A stretch of 64,000 nt of DNA, taken from the NCBI GenBank assembly GCA_963827275.1, contig CAWHAA010000005.1, forward strand, positions 224,001 through 288,000, in the 5' to 3' direction. Position 1 is the stretch's first letter, and each line of letters begins with the position of its first letter. A program made the translations under genes and the position numbers. Below the pieces are notes generated by a model. It was given only the letters and a program-made list of their open reading frames with translations. It ran no database searches and had not been told where the DNA came from. Source of the DNA: an uncultured Spirochaetota bacterium. GTDB lineage: Bacteria; Spirochaetota; UBA4802; UBA5550. Positions 19,307 to 30,125 of the stretch are shown one piece after another.

Positions 19307-21382
19307 ATGCCGTTACAGAAATTAAGAAACATCGGAATCGCCGCTCATATAGACGCAGGCAAAACGACGTGCACCGAACGCATACTCTTCTTTACCGGGA
19401 CCACGCGAAAGCTGGGCGAGGTGCATGACGGCGAGGCCACCATGGACTTCATGAAACAGGAACAGGAGCGCGGCATCACCATCGCATCCGCCGCCATAAC
19501 AAGCTTCTGGAACAACCACATCATAAACATCATCGACACCCCGGGCCACGTCGACTTCACGGTTGAAGTCGAGCGCTCCCTGCGGGTCATTGACGGCATG
19601 GTCGCGGTCTTCTGCGCGGTTGGCGGCGTGGAGCCCCAGAGCGAGACCGTATGGAACCAGGCTGACCGGTACCATGTGCCCCGCATCGCTTTCATCAATA
19701 AAATGGACCGCGTGGGCGCCGACTTCAGCGAAGTGGTAAAGCAGATGGACAAATACCTGGACGCCAACCCGGTGCCGTTCCAGGTGCCGATCGGCATCGA
19801 GGACACGTTCGAGGGCAATATCGACATCATTCGGAGAAAGGCGATTTTCGTCAAAGACATGGAACTGTCGGTCGAGGAGATACCCGATTCGATGAAGGCT
19901 GCCGCTGAAGAAGCACGCGGCTTTCTTGTAGAAAAACTCGCCGATTTTAATGAAGAGATCATGGGACTCTACCTCGACGGCAAGGCGGTCCCCGACGATC
20001 TCCTTAAAAAAGCGGCGCGGGAAGCGACGATCAAGATGAACATCACGCCGGTATTCTGCGGCTCGGCCTACAAGAACAAGGGAGTGCGCCTCCTCCTGGA
20101 CGCGGTGGTGGACTACCTCCCGTCGCCGGTGGACATCGGCGCCGTGGTGGGCATCGACATCAACGACCCGGGAAAGTCCCACACCCGGCACCCGTCGACG
20201 AAGGACCCGTTCGCGGCGCTCGCGTTCAAGCTGATCCACGACCCGTATGTCGGCCAGCAGACCTTCGTCCGCATCTATTCGGGCGAACTGAAGAGCGGCA
20301 TGCAGGTCATGAACAGCACAAAGTCGAAACCAGAGCGCATCGGCCGGATACTCAGGATCCACGCCAAGGAGCGCGAAGAGATAGAAACCGCCGGCCCGGG
20401 GGACATCGTTGCCCTCATCGGGATGAAATACACGAAGACGGGCGACACCCTGTGCGATCAGGACCACCCGCTCTTCCTTGAGAACATCTTCATTCCTCCC
20501 TCCGTCATAGAGATGAAGATAACGCCCCCATCAAAAAAAGAGGAGGAGAAGCTCGGCGCGGCGCTCCGCAAGCTATCCATGGAAGACCCCTCGTTCAAGG
20601 TGCGGTTTAATGACGAAACCAACGAAACGATCATAGCGGGGATGGGAGAGCTCCACCTGGAGATCATTGTCGACCGGCTCAAGACCGAGTTCGGCGCGGT
20701 CGCCGAAGTCGGAGCGCCGTCGGTGGCCTTCCGTGAGACCATAACCCGTGAGGTTGAGAACAACTACAAGCACTCGAAGCAGACCGGCGGCCGCGGCCAG
20801 TATGCCCATACCGTCCTGCGCCTCGAGCCCAACGAGGGCAAAGGCTTCGAATTCGAAGACCGGATCAAGGGCGGCGCGATCCCCACCGAGTACATCCCCT
20901 CCGTGCGCAAGGGGATAGAGGCTGCCATGGCGGAAGGGATCCTGTCCGAATTCCCGGTCGTAGACGTCAAGGTAGTGCTGCTCGACGGCACGTACCACGA
21001 GGTTGACTCCTCCGACATGGCGTTCAGGACCTGCGCGTCCATATGCTTCAAGGAAGGCTTCCTCAAGGCGAACCCGATACTGCTCGAGCCGATGATGAAG
21101 ATAGAGGTCAACACGCCGGACGATTACATCGGCGAGGTCGTGGGCGACCTGAACAAGCGCCGGGGCAGGATAGAATCAATGCGCCGCTACCGCAAGGGGT
21201 CCCAGAAGGTAATCGGGTTTGTTCCCCTCCAGGAGATGTTCGGTTACGCGACCCAGCTCAGGAACATATCCAGCGGCAGGGCCAACTACTCCATGGAGTT
21301 CTTCAAGTACGTCCCCGTCAACAAGGATATCCAGGAAAAAGTCCTGAAGCAGATGCAAGAGAAGAAAAACAAGGCAAGCTGA
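19307..21382 (+). CDS. fusA: Elongation factor G (stand-alone paralog)
   Basis: [31 protein letters not shown] and HEVDSS motifs; no rpsL/rpsG/tuf neighbours. Confidence 0.95.
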   Translation: MPLQKLRNIGIAAHIDAGKTTCTERILFFTGTTRKLGEVHDGEATMDFMKQEQERGITIASAAITSFWNNHIINIIDTPGHVDFTVEVERSLRVIDGMVAVFCAVGGVEPQSETVWNQADRYHVPRIAFINKMDRVGADFSEVVKQMDKYLDANPVPFQVPIGIEDTFEGNIDIIRRKAIFVKDMELSVEEIPDSMKAAAEEARGFLVEKLADFNEEIMGLYLDGKAVPDDLLKKAAREATIKMNITPVFCGSAYKNKGVRLLLDAVVDYLPSPVDIGAVVGIDINDPGKSHTRHPSTKDPFAALAFKLIHDPYVGQQTFVRIYSGELKSGMQVMNSTKSKPERIGRILRIHAKEREEIETAGPGDIVALIGMKYTKTGDTLCDQDHPLFLENIFIPPSVIEMKITPPSKKEEEKLGAALRKLSMEDPSFKVRFNDETNETIIAGMGELHLEIIVDRLKTEFGAVAEVGAPSVAFRETITREVENNYKHSKQTGGRGQYAHTVLRLEPNEGKGFEFEDRIKGGAIPTEYIPSVRKGIEAAMAEGILSEFPVVDVKVVLLDGTYHEVDSSDMAFRTCASICFKEGFLKANPILLEPMMKIEVNTPDDYIGEVVGDLNKRRGRIESMRRYRKGSQKVIGFVPLQEMFGYATQLRNISSGRANYSMEFFKYVPVNKDIQEKVLKQMQEKKNKAS

Positions 21383-21445
21383 CAGCAGCGACGCCGTTCA
21401 TTCTATATCATGGAAACCGGATCGGGCGCCGCGAGGCGCCCGATT

Positions 21446-21910
21446 TCATTTAAGGGCTTTTTTGAGGCGCGCCACCCAATCGCTGCCCGACGCTTCCTCT
21501 GCCTTGTAAAAATCGAGGAACTTGTGTATCTGCGAGCAGGTGTCAGGCTGCAGGTCATGCTCCACCCTGCAGGCCTCGCCTTCAGCGTTGCTGCAGTCAA
21601 CCTGGAGAACGTTCGCGAAAAAGTCTATGAGGCAGTTATGGCGCTTCAGAACGCGGTCGGCCAGTTCATTTCCCCTGCCGGTAAGCTCGACATATCCGTA
21701 TTTCTCATAATCGATGAGCTCCATCTCCTTTAAGCGGGCGAGGGCCGCGGATACGCTGGGCATCTTGATATTCAGCTTCTTCGCTATGTCCTTGACACGA
21801 ACCACCTTGTTGCTGGCGGCGAGCATGAATATCGCCTCCACATAGTCTTCCATGTGCGGCGTGAGGCCGGTGTCCCGGTAGCTGTATTTCATTTTAGCCT
21901 GGTCGACCAT
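21446..21910 (-). CDS. DtxR/MntR family metal-dependent transcriptional regulator
   Basis: MEDY...DIAKKL...PSVS HTH and EACRVEH metal site. Confidence 0.92.
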   Translation of the reverse strand: MVDQAKMKYSYRDTGLTPHMEDYVEAIFMLAASNKVVRVKDIAKKLNIKMPSVSAALARLKEMELIDYEKYGYVELTGRGNELADRVLKRHNCLIDFFANVLQVDCSNAEGEACRVEHDLQPDTCSQIHKFLDFYKAEEASGSDWVARLKKALK

Positions 21911-21920
21911 TGCCGGGCCG

Positions 21921-22841
21921 TCACTTTTCCATCCGGAAATACATCTTTTCTATGCGCTGGAGGTCTTCCTCCACCCGTTTTTTCAGAGGCGACGTGCCGA
22001 AGCGGTCGTCCGTCTCGCCCTTTTTCAGGAACTGCCGGTAAATCCTTCGTGCCGTTTCCACGTCCTTGAGCCGCGGGTCCTTCTCGTAAATCTTCCCCAT
22101 CAGATAGTAGGCGTCATCGACCGTGGCGCGGTCCTTGTAGTACTTGATGATCCTCACCGCCGAATCAAGGGCCTGCGTCCCCTTCTGCTGGTTCAGGTAG
22201 AGCATACCCGTGTTCAGGAGCGCCTTGTCCGCCAGCTCGTGCGAGGGAAACTGGGCCTGCACCCTCTGGTAATACTCGATCGAGGCGATCTGGTCCCCCT
22301 TCATCTGGCTGCTCTCGCCTGCGTAGAACACGGCGGCGGGGTAATCGCCCGATTCCGCGCTCACCGCGGCGAATTCCCTGATGGCGTCGTCGTAGCGGTA
22401 CTGCTTCATGTATATCTTGCCCATCCAGAAGCGGGCGCTGTCCCTGTACAGCCCGCCGGGGTACTTCGCCGACAGGTCCTGGAACTTGCGGAGTGAATGG
22501 TCATAGAGGCCGTTGTTGTAGAAATCGATGCCGGTCTTCAGGAGGAGCTGCTCCTCGCCGGAGACCCGCGGCGATGACTCTTCTTTCGCCTGGACGGCGC
22601 TGCCCGTGCGTCCGGTGATGACCCGTGCGGGCGCCGCCTTCTTCTCCACGGTTGACGGGGGCTGCGCGGACTCCTGCTTCGGAGCGTCCTGCGCCGCGGG
22701 CGGCGCGCTCCCGGTCTTCCCGGCCGGCGTAGCCTGCTCGGGCGCTTCAAGAATGGTGTTTATTATCTCCTCGGGCTTCGGCACGTCGCTTGCGGCCGCC
22801 GGAACGGCGAAGATCAGCAGGGCCAACAGTAGTGGTTTCAC
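21921..22841 (-). CDS. Exported TPR protein
   Basis: Signal peptide, Pro/Ala linker and multiple TPRs. Confidence 0.8.
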   Translation of the reverse strand: MKPLLLALLIFAVPAAASDVPKPEEIINTILEAPEQATPAGKTGSAPPAAQDAPKQESAQPPSTVEKKAAPARVITGRTGSAVQAKEESSPRVSGEEQLLLKTGIDFYNNGLYDHSLRKFQDLSAKYPGGLYRDSARFWMGKIYMKQYRYDDAIREFAAVSAESGDYPAAVFYAGESSQMKGDQIASIEYYQRVQAQFPSHELADKALLNTGMLYLNQQKGTQALDSAVRIIKYYKDRATVDDAYYLMGKIYEKDPRLKDVETARRIYRQFLKKGETDDRFGTSPLKKRVEEDLQRIEKMYFRMEK

Positions 22842-23686
22842 TCTCCGATTATACCTTCCTCGTGGGTAAGCGGTTCGGGGGAGCGGACATCGGCCCCCCC
22901 GCTCCGTCTCTTTTTCTCAAGGGGCCTCACCTCCGCCCCGGACCTCCGCTGCGGCGGCGACTTCAACAATTCCCGGTCGCGTGCCGGCAACAGACCGCCG
23001 GAGCCGCTCTCCATGAGGGCGCCTTCTTCAGCCGCGGGACGCGGCCGCATCCTCTCGGGAGGCCCGGCCACGGAATCGGGCGCGCCGCTGTCCGGAACGA
23101 GTTCCCGCTCCCGGTCCATGATCCGCGGGATGTCCCTCTTCTCGCTCTCGACCAGCGATTCACGGTCTTTTTCGGCCGCCCCGCTCCTCTTCCCGATGGG
23201 CCGCACGTCCGATTTCAGTCCCGGCGTTGTGCCGTAATCACCCTCGAAGAGCGGGTCCTGGACCCGGACCCCGGGTGTTTCCTTTATTTTCCGGTGTGAC
23301 TCCGGCTCGATAATGCCCTTTTCGGTATCCGGCTCCAGGTTGGTCTGCGACGGGAAACGCACCTTTTCCATGTCTATCTTCTTCATCTCGTTGACCACTT
23401 CCGAATCAAGCATCGCGGTAAAGCTCCCGTCACGGCTCTCACGTTTGATATCCAGGTCGAAGGCCTCGTTCGTATTCTCGATTATCGGCGCGCTTTTTAT
23501 CTTTGCGGCCTCCTTGCCCCTCGTGACACCGTACACGATCCCGCCTATCAGCGAAACGAATATGAGAAGAAAGAAAACGCCTTTTATCGTCATCTGGGTC
23601 TGGGCCGGTATCATGCCGATCATCCGGTCGATGCCCGAGACCGCTCCCGATGCGGCCCGCGTTACGGTTTCCTGCGATACTTTCAT
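22838..23686 (-). CDS. Hypothetical single-TM protein with a charged, low-complexity C-terminus
   Basis: One TM helix near the N-terminus; overlaps the next gene by 4 nt (translational coupling). Confidence 0.75.
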   Translation of the reverse strand: MKVSQETVTRAASGAVSGIDRMIGMIPAQTQMTIKGVFFLLIFVSLIGGIVYGVTRGKEAAKIKSAPIIENTNEAFDLDIKRESRDGSFTAMLDSEVVNEMKKIDMEKVRFPSQTNLEPDTEKGIIEPESHRKIKETPGVRVQDPLFEGDYGTTPGLKSDVRPIGKRSGAAEKDRESLVESEKRDIPRIMDRERELVPDSGAPDSVAGPPERMRPRPAAEEGALMESGSGGLLPARDRELLKSPPQRRSGAEVRPLEKKRRSGGADVRSPEPLTHEEGIIGE

Positions 23687-23748
23687 ATCAATCTCTCTTG
23701 TCCGGGTACCGGCGCCTGACGCCCGGCCCCCGTACTGTCAATATATCA

Positions 23749-24585
23749 TTATTTATTGATTTTATCAATAATAAATATTACCCGGCATCTTTTCAGCTGC
23801 GCCACGGTCTCGGGACTGCTCAATATTTTCCTGACATCACGGTCCGCGATGACCGGGCACCCCTTCATCTCGCGCAGCGCCACGGTGTAATAGGGACGGT
23901 CGCCGGCCAGCCGGTTGTTCATGGCCTCGTCCTGGCTGGTGGCATAGGCGACGATGCCGTACTTCGTTGAATGACGGATGTCCACCCTGAAGCGGCCGTA
24001 CACCTCGAGCCCCTCCTCGCTGAACACCGAAGGCAGGATCATCGGCTCGACGCGGAGCCCCCGCGTATCGATGACCAGGCTTGAATAGCGCGTCGGGATG
24101 GGATTGTCGAGGCGCGTCGGGAACTCGTCTCCCGGGTAGGTGTAGGGGACCGCCTGAAGGATGTCCCCGATACGGAGCTCCGCCCGGCATGCCGAGGTGA
24201 TAAAGTCGAGCGGGTATTCGCGCACCTTCACCCTGCCGTTGATGACGCCGACGATGCGAGACCGGGCGGCGTCGCTCTGCTCGATCAGTTCTTCGAGTGT
24301 GGTGTCCGCATCGACCCTTATCCCCCTGACCAGCCGGACCATGTTTTCAACCGCATTCTCGCGCGCCTTGCGGTAGGCGCTGACCCGGCCCCGGTTTATT
24401 GAAATAACTTCACCGCCCTGGTCGACCGGCCTGCCGGTGTCGCTCAGCGGCACACGCCAGGTCCCGTGGGTGATAATGAGGCCCCTGCTCCAGTCCACCT
24501 CGTCCTGCCCGGGCCCGGTTACAAGCGCCGCGCTATCGAGCATCGAAAGAAGAATGATCACGACCGCCAATGAAAAATGTTTCAT
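23749..24585 (-). CDS. Hypothetical exported protein
   Basis: Signal peptide from MKHF; YSSLVID.RG and CRVIFII segments. Confidence 0.7.
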   Translation of the reverse strand: MKHFSLAVVIILLSMLDSAALVTGPGQDEVDWSRGLIITHGTWRVPLSDTGRPVDQGGEVISINRGRVSAYRKARENAVENMVRLVRGIRVDADTTLEELIEQSDAARSRIVGVINGRVKVREYPLDFITSACRAELRIGDILQAVPYTYPGDEFPTRLDNPIPTRYSSLVIDTRGLRVEPMILPSVFSEEGLEVYGRFRVDIRHSTKYGIVAYATSQDEAMNNRLAGDRPYYTVALREMKGCPVIADRDVRKILSSPETVAQLKRCRVIFIIDKINK

Positions 24586-24648
24586 AATCGAATGTGTCCT
24601 GTTCCGTGTAAGGCTGATATGTTGTAATGAGCGCATAATGACCGTATT

Positions 24649-24670
24649 GTAATGAACAGTGGTTCATTAC
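24649..24670. promoter_or_regulatory. Inverted repeat, candidate operator or hairpin
   Basis: GTAATGAAC-agtg-GTTCATTAC, with further TAATGA copies at ~24625 and ~24636. Confidence 0.45.
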
Positions 24671-24715
24671 TACAATTATCGGATGGTGGCGCATGATATC
24701 TTTAGGATGTTATTT

Positions 24716-26437
24716 TCAGGGCCTGCCGGCCGCGTTTCCCAGTTCCCGTATGCTTTTTTGGAGGGCCGGGACGAGCTTCCCGGCCGCAGACCGGATGTCC
24801 CGCAGCATCATCCGCTCCGCCTCCTCCGCGGCGGCGTCGTACCGCGCCAGGAAGGTTTGCGCCTTGCGCAGAAACGGCCGCAGCAGTATGCGCAGGTCGG
24901 GGCCGTTCAGCATCTCCTCCACCGCAGGGGCCCCCGCGCGATCGTCCAGCGCCCGGGCCGCCGCCTCACCTATGCGTCCGAGGTCCAGGACCGCCTGCCG
25001 CATGGCGCCCGCCAGCCGCTCCGGGTTGCCCCGCCCGGCCTTTGACAGTGCCCTGGAGAGGAGATCACCCGGAGAAGGCGTACGGACCGGGCACTCTTCG
25101 ACCAGGGACGACAGGGTGCGCTCCACGGCATTGGCGATACGGGCGCCGCTCTCCGTCGCGTTGATTACCGGCACGCCGACCCTCCCGGCCGAATCCTCGA
25201 ACCAGCCCCGGTACAGGTCGAAGACAAAATCGGAAATGACCGTCCCGGCGCCGCCGAAGGCCGGGACCCGCTTGATCTTCCGCCGGCGCACGACGCCCTG
25301 GTTTATCGTGTCAAGGTTCATGAACCTGGTGATGCGGGTCTGCCATTCATCGTTATGGTGCGTCCCGCTGCAATGTATCTCCCTCCCGGTATACGCGAGG
25401 TCCTGCCCCACCAGTATGATGGGGCTGCAGCCCAGGTTCAGGAGCAGGTCAAAGGCGCTGGTGGCGACCGACCCTCCCGACTGGACATCGCCGACCGGGC
25501 CTGCGTACCGCTCGATCCAGTCCATCAGGGGCGACGCCTCGCGCTTCGTCCCGCCGTCCGGCGGCGTGTAGAATTTCGACGTGGTGCTCACGATCCGCGG
25601 GCCGCGGTAGGAGCGGAGCACGTGCGGACAGCACACCATGTCCGCCAGGAGGACCGCGCCGTCGTCGCGCTGGCCGAGGAAATGCTTGATGCTGTAATTC
25701 TGCGCGTCGATGGTCATTATGATATGGGGGATGATATTTTTCTTCCGGAGCACGGGAGCGGCGGTATCAACCGCGACAATGAGCGCGCGGTCCCTCATCC
25801 GCGCCAGCACGTCCGCGTTCGCGCGAAGGCCGGGCCCGGCCGAGACGATGATCCCCGGGCAGCCGGCAAACGCGCCGAAACAATTGCCGACCCGCGCCGA
25901 GGAGAACAGGTGGCCGGCATTCGCCAGGATGTTCCAGGCCCACCGCTCCTCGAACTCCACGCGGGTCAGGAGGTCGCTGATCTTCGACGACACGTACTGG
26001 CCCATCTCCCGCATGATGGAATCGTAGAATTCACGGTAAAGGAGGTATGAGGGGCGGTGCGTGTAATGCGCAATCCCGCGGAAGCCGGAGATGTCGATCT
26101 CATCGAAGATCCCCGGGAGCCCCGCCGCCGACGTGACCACGGCCACACCGTCGAGGTGGCGCGGACAGGTCGCGCGGGCGATGTCCACCACCTCGGGGTC
26201 GTGCTCGACCGCCACGATCGGCATGCCGGGGAACTTCCGCCTGAGGGAATCCAGGTGGTAGCCCAGGCCCATGCCATACACCGCTATCAGCGAGGCCCTC
26301 CCGACCGAAAAGCCATCGACCGCGCGTTGCGCTTCGCGGTCAGGATCATAGGCGGAATGTATCCGCACCTCGCGTGAATTTTTATACAGGAGCGTATGCT
26401 TCCCGCCGGGTATTTCCTTTACTATGTACGAACCCAT
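24716..26437 (-). CDS. Motility-associated factor (Maf)/DUF115 glycosyltransferase-like protein
   Basis: IHSAYDP, G.GLGYH, IVSAGP, GGSVAT and LVGQDLAY Maf motifs. Confidence 0.88.
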   Translation of the reverse strand: MGSYIVKEIPGGKHTLLYKNSREVRIHSAYDPDREAQRAVDGFSVGRASLIAVYGMGLGYHLDSLRRKFPGMPIVAVEHDPEVVDIARATCPRHLDGVAVVTSAAGLPGIFDEIDISGFRGIAHYTHRPSYLLYREFYDSIMREMGQYVSSKISDLLTRVEFEERWAWNILANAGHLFSSARVGNCFGAFAGCPGIIVSAGPGLRANADVLARMRDRALIVAVDTAAPVLRKKNIIPHIIMTIDAQNYSIKHFLGQRDDGAVLLADMVCCPHVLRSYRGPRIVSTTSKFYTPPDGGTKREASPLMDWIERYAGPVGDVQSGGSVATSAFDLLLNLGCSPIILVGQDLAYTGREIHCSGTHHNDEWQTRITRFMNLDTINQGVVRRRKIKRVPAFGGAGTVISDFVFDLYRGWFEDSAGRVGVPVINATESGARIANAVERTLSSLVEECPVRTPSPGDLLSRALSKAGRGNPERLAGAMRQAVLDLGRIGEAAARALDDRAGAPAVEEMLNGPDLRILLRPFLRKAQTFLARYDAAAEEAERMMLRDIRSAAGKLVPALQKSIRELGNAAGRP

Positions 26438-26449
26438 GGAACGCCCTTC

Positions 26450-27937
26450 TCAAATGAAGCGCTGCTGCTTCGCATACATGCCCTCGAGTCTTCTGCAGAA
26501 TGCCTCGTATTCTTCACGGCTGGTTATGCCGAATTTCCCCAGCACATCGGATTCCAGGAACAGCAGGTCGGCGTGGCGCGCATCCCTGTTGCACATGTGG
26601 TTGGCAAGATACACTGTCATGACAAGGTCGCGGTTTTTAATCCCCGGGTCAAGCGGCGAGTGGTGGTGCCGGATCGCATCGACCAGTTCCTCGGGGAAGT
26701 TCCATTTTTCAGCGATGAGCCCGCCGATGGTGGCATGGCTTATGCCGATAGAGAGCTCTTCGAGGATCGCCGTGGTCCTGATGCGGCGGTTCTTGACCAG
26801 GTCGGATATCTGGTCAAGCAGCCGCGCGTCCAGGGACAGGAGCACGATCTTCCCGATATCATGCAGGAGCCCGGCGATGAATGCGCTCTCCGCGATCCGC
26901 GTCTCTCCCGTCTCCAGCGCGATGCACCGGGCGAAGTAGGCGGTCCTGCTGCAGTGATCCCATATCTGCTCGAACCTGGCGTACCTTGATTCGAGGATCT
27001 TGCGTGACGCCGCTGCGGCAAGGATCAGGTCAAGGTTCTTCATGCCGATGATGATGACGGCATCGTTGATTTTCCTGATCCTCTTACCGGTAATGAAGCC
27101 CGCCGAGTTTGAAAGCTTCAGGACATCGGCGGTCACCGACGGGTCCATGCCTATCTTCTCGGCTATTATCTCAATGGTCGATTCCGGGTCGTTGCAAACC
27201 GAGCGGAGGGCCACGATGTTTTCAGGGAACGTCGGCAGCGACACGACCTCTTCCAGTATGCGCTTTTTTACGAGGGTGGTGATCTCCCCGCCCTTCAGCA
27301 CGCCGGGGATGAAGAGGGAAACCCTGACCGTATCCCCTTCCGGCAGGATCTCGAACATGCCCGCCGAGAGCCCGGAGTTCTTGAGAAGCATCATCGACAG
27401 GATGATGCCGAGTCCCGCTCCCTCCGTCGCATCGTACATGTTTTCATAGGCCTCGGTGAAATTGATGCAATCCAGGGCCTTGTGCATCCGGTTTGTCAAT
27501 CGCTTGAGCTCGCCGGGCACGATCCGGGCATTGTTGATTATATCGATGCCGAACCCATCGGCGCGCCGCTTCATCTTGATGACAACCCGGTACGGGCTTG
27601 CCAGGAGATTGTCCCTGAGGAACTCGGGGTGGTACGCCACGTTTCTGAACTTCGACATGCCGGCGCGGTAATCGGCCTCATTGTCGATGTCGAGCCCCAT
27701 CTTCTTGAACCACACCCGCTTCATGTTGGCTTTCATGGCGTTCTGGAGAAGCTCCCGGAACACGGGCTCGAGAATATCATACATGTATCCCATGTCGAAG
27801 CGGGACAGTATCTTGACAAGAAGCGAATTAATATCAAGCTCGATATCCCTCGTGAGATACTGAAAACTGAGATATATCTCCTGTCCGTTATCGAACTGTT
27901 TTGCGAGATCTGATGAATCAAACATCCTGTCACACAC
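26450..27937 (-). CDS. HDOD domain protein with an N-terminal HATPase-like domain
   Basis: LPTFP, DP...VLKLSNS, GLLHDIGK and WNFP HDOD motifs; ELLQNA and GAGLG boxes in the N-terminal part. Confidence 0.88.
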   Translation of the reverse strand: MCDRMFDSSDLAKQFDNGQEIYLSFQYLTRDIELDINSLLVKILSRFDMGYMYDILEPVFRELLQNAMKANMKRVWFKKMGLDIDNEADYRAGMSKFRNVAYHPEFLRDNLLASPYRVVIKMKRRADGFGIDIINNARIVPGELKRLTNRMHKALDCINFTEAYENMYDATEGAGLGIILSMMLLKNSGLSAGMFEILPEGDTVRVSLFIPGVLKGGEITTLVKKRILEEVVSLPTFPENIVALRSVCNDPESTIEIIAEKIGMDPSVTADVLKLSNSAGFITGKRIRKINDAVIIIGMKNLDLILAAAASRKILESRYARFEQIWDHCSRTAYFARCIALETGETRIAESAFIAGLLHDIGKIVLLSLDARLLDQISDLVKNRRIRTTAILEELSIGISHATIGGLIAEKWNFPEELVDAIRHHHSPLDPGIKNRDLVMTVYLANHMCNRDARHADLLFLESDVLGKFGITSREEYEAFCRRLEGMYAKQQRFI

Positions 27938-27997
27938 CCAGATTGGCAGGGACCGCGGTGCCGCAATCGCCTTTTCACCAGTTTAATCGGCGTTTCA

Positions 27998-30094
27998 TTA
28001 ATGTAAAGTTAAATATCTGGTGTGGTTATTTTTCATTTCCCGTAGCGGGGCGCGCTCCCGGGCGGCTCCCCGCGCATACAGGCGGCAGGCCCCGTCCCCC
28101 GGGCACGACGGGCCGCAGTCATGAATGACAAGATCGGCGCCGTCCCGTTCAAGGGTGTCGAAGAAGCGCCGTATGAAGCCGCGCAGCCTGAAGCTGCCGG
28201 ACAGGTAGCACCGGCTGACCGGCAGCCGCCGCAAAAGATATGTACAGCAGGACACGTCTTGATAATCGGCATGGGGAAGATACAGGACGATTTCCCGGCA
28301 CGACGCGGAAGCGATCTCCTTCGCGAGTCGCTCCCGGTGGCGCTTCTCCGGGTACCGGCCTATGACCGAGAGGGTGGTGCCGCGTTTCACCAGGAGGACC
28401 GAGCCGCGGCTGTGCCGTACCTCCGTAACCGTGTCCCGGCCGGCCGCTCCCGGCCCTCCAAGGGAGAGCCAGGCCGCCAGGACCGCCGCCGGGATGGAGA
28501 GCCACGCTATCCGCTTCCGCCGCGGCGGCAGGACCAGCGGCGCCGCGAGCAGCACAAGGGCCGCCGCCAGTTGCGGAGGCGGGGCGGCGACGTAAAAATG
28601 TCCGCCCGCCGCCGACAGGGACCGCACGATGCCGTCGGCCAGAGAATAGATCACATCGGTGAATCCGCCGGCGTACGCCGCGGCGGCCGGTACGAACGAC
28701 ACGGCATGCGCGGCCAGCGACACGAGCAGGAGGAGCGACATGAGCGGCACCACGATGATGTTGGAGGCCAGGCCCGAGAGATTAAGCTCGTTCACACGCA
28801 AGAGGATCACCGGAAGCACCAGCAGCTGCGCCGAGAGCGTCAGCGCGATGGAGTTGGCGATAACCGCAGGCAGGCGCGGCAGTATTTTACGGTACCTGCC
28901 ATGGAAGAGGAGTATCCCCAGCGTGGCGCCGTAGCTGAGCTGGAACCCGAGCCCGAAGATCTCGGCCGGGAACAGCACCAGGATGGCGGCCGCGGAGAGG
29001 AAGAGCGCGTTGAAGACGTTCTGCTCCCGGTTTGCCAGGCGCTGCGCGGCATATATGCAGAACATGACGCACGATCGGAGCAGGCATACCGGCATGTCGG
29101 TGATCCAGAGATAGGCGAGGACCGCCAGGGACGCCGCCACCGCGATGACCTTGCGGTTCACCCTGACAAGGCCGAGCAGGAAGATCGGGACCGCCGCCAC
29201 CACAGCCACATGCAACCCGCCGGCGGAGAGAATGTGGAACACTCCCGCGCGCTTGAAATCGTTCATCGTCAGCTTGTCGATATAGTCCTGGTTCCCGAAA
29301 TAAAGCGCCTTGACCATCGCCGCGGTCTTCCGGTTGAACAGGGAATCGCAGTTCGCCGCAAGTCGCTCCCGCGTCTTTTCCCTGAACGATGCCGCGTCGC
29401 CAACGACCGCGACAGCGCGCGCCTCAAGATAAAAATCATACCGAACGCCCGCCATCAGGTCCGACATGGCCGCGTATGGCCGCGGGGCATCCCGCGCGTT
29501 CAGCGCGACCGGGGCCCCGGAAAACCGTATCGTGTCGCCGGCGCCGAAGCTCCCGCCGGGGACCCGCACGATACCGCCGCGCCACGCCTCCCTTCCGCGC
29601 GGCCCTTCGCCAGGCGCTCCTTCGCAGCGGAACCTGACAATGGCCTCACGGCAGTAGCGCCCGTCAACCACGCTCTCGACCTGCGCGGTCCACGTCCCCT
29701 TTCCGAGGGCCGGAATGCGCTCCGTCAGCACGCCGTAAACACGCCCGCCGGCGTAAAGCGCGCAGGAAAGCGCCACGAGGAGAAGCACGGCAAGACGAGG
29801 CGCGCGCCCCGAACGCCGCGGATGGCGGGGACCGGGCCCCATCCTGAGCGAAACCCGGTACACGAGGGGGAGCGAAAGGAACGCGAGCATGAGCGCGCCC
29901 GCGCCCCAGGCGCCCGCCGGTCCACCGATGGCGAGCGCGCATGCGACAAGAATTGATGCGCCGACTGAAAGGAAGATGAACAGCGACGGAACGAAAATTT
30001 TTTGCGCAGCGGGATTTTTCAGGCACCGGGAGACGTGTCGTTCAAGGCAGGCACTCCAGGCGTGAAACGGTATCTGTAAGCGGGATAAAATCAA
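27998..30094 (-). CDS. comEC: ComEC/Rec2 family competence protein
   Basis: GVFHILSAGGLH and GFQLSY competence-domain motifs; degenerate C-terminal region; start uncertain. Confidence 0.85.
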   Translation of the reverse strand: MILSRLQIPFHAWSACLERHVSRCLKNPAAQKIFVPSLFIFLSVGASILVACALAIGGPAGAWGAGALMLAFLSLPLVYRVSLRMGPGPRHPRRSGRAPRLAVLLLVALSCALYAGGRVYGVLTERIPALGKGTWTAQVESVVDGRYCREAIVRFRCEGAPGEGPRGREAWRGGIVRVPGGSFGAGDTIRFSGAPVALNARDAPRPYAAMSDLMAGVRYDFYLEARAVAVVGDAASFREKTRERLAANCDSLFNRKTAAMVKALYFGNQDYIDKLTMNDFKRAGVFHILSAGGLHVAVVAAVPIFLLGLVRVNRKVIAVAASLAVLAYLWITDMPVCLLRSCVMFCIYAAQRLANREQNVFNALFLSAAAILVLFPAEIFGLGFQLSYGATLGILLFHGRYRKILPRLPAVIANSIALTLSAQLLVLPVILLRVNELNLSGLASNIIVVPLMSLLLLVSLAAHAVSFVPAAAAYAGGFTDVIYSLADGIVRSLSAAGGHFYVAAPPPQLAAALVLLAAPLVLPPRRKRIAWLSIPAAVLAAWLSLGGPGAAGRDTVTEVRHSRGSVLLVKRGTTLSVIGRYPEKRHRERLAKEIASASCREIVLYLPHADYQDVSCCTYLLRRLPVSRCYLSGSFRLRGFIRRFFDTLERDGADLVIHDCGPSCPGDGACRLYARGAARERAPLREMKNNHTRYLTLH

Positions 30095-30125
30095 GGCAGC
30101 CCCCGTGAAGTATAATCGGGGCCCC

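Noticed and set aside
28121..29956. 611-aa + strand ORF and similar long shadow ORFs (e.g. 19322-20467, 38320-39345)
   Set aside because: Antisense shadows of GC-rich genes with Arg/Gly/Pro-biased, motif-free translations.
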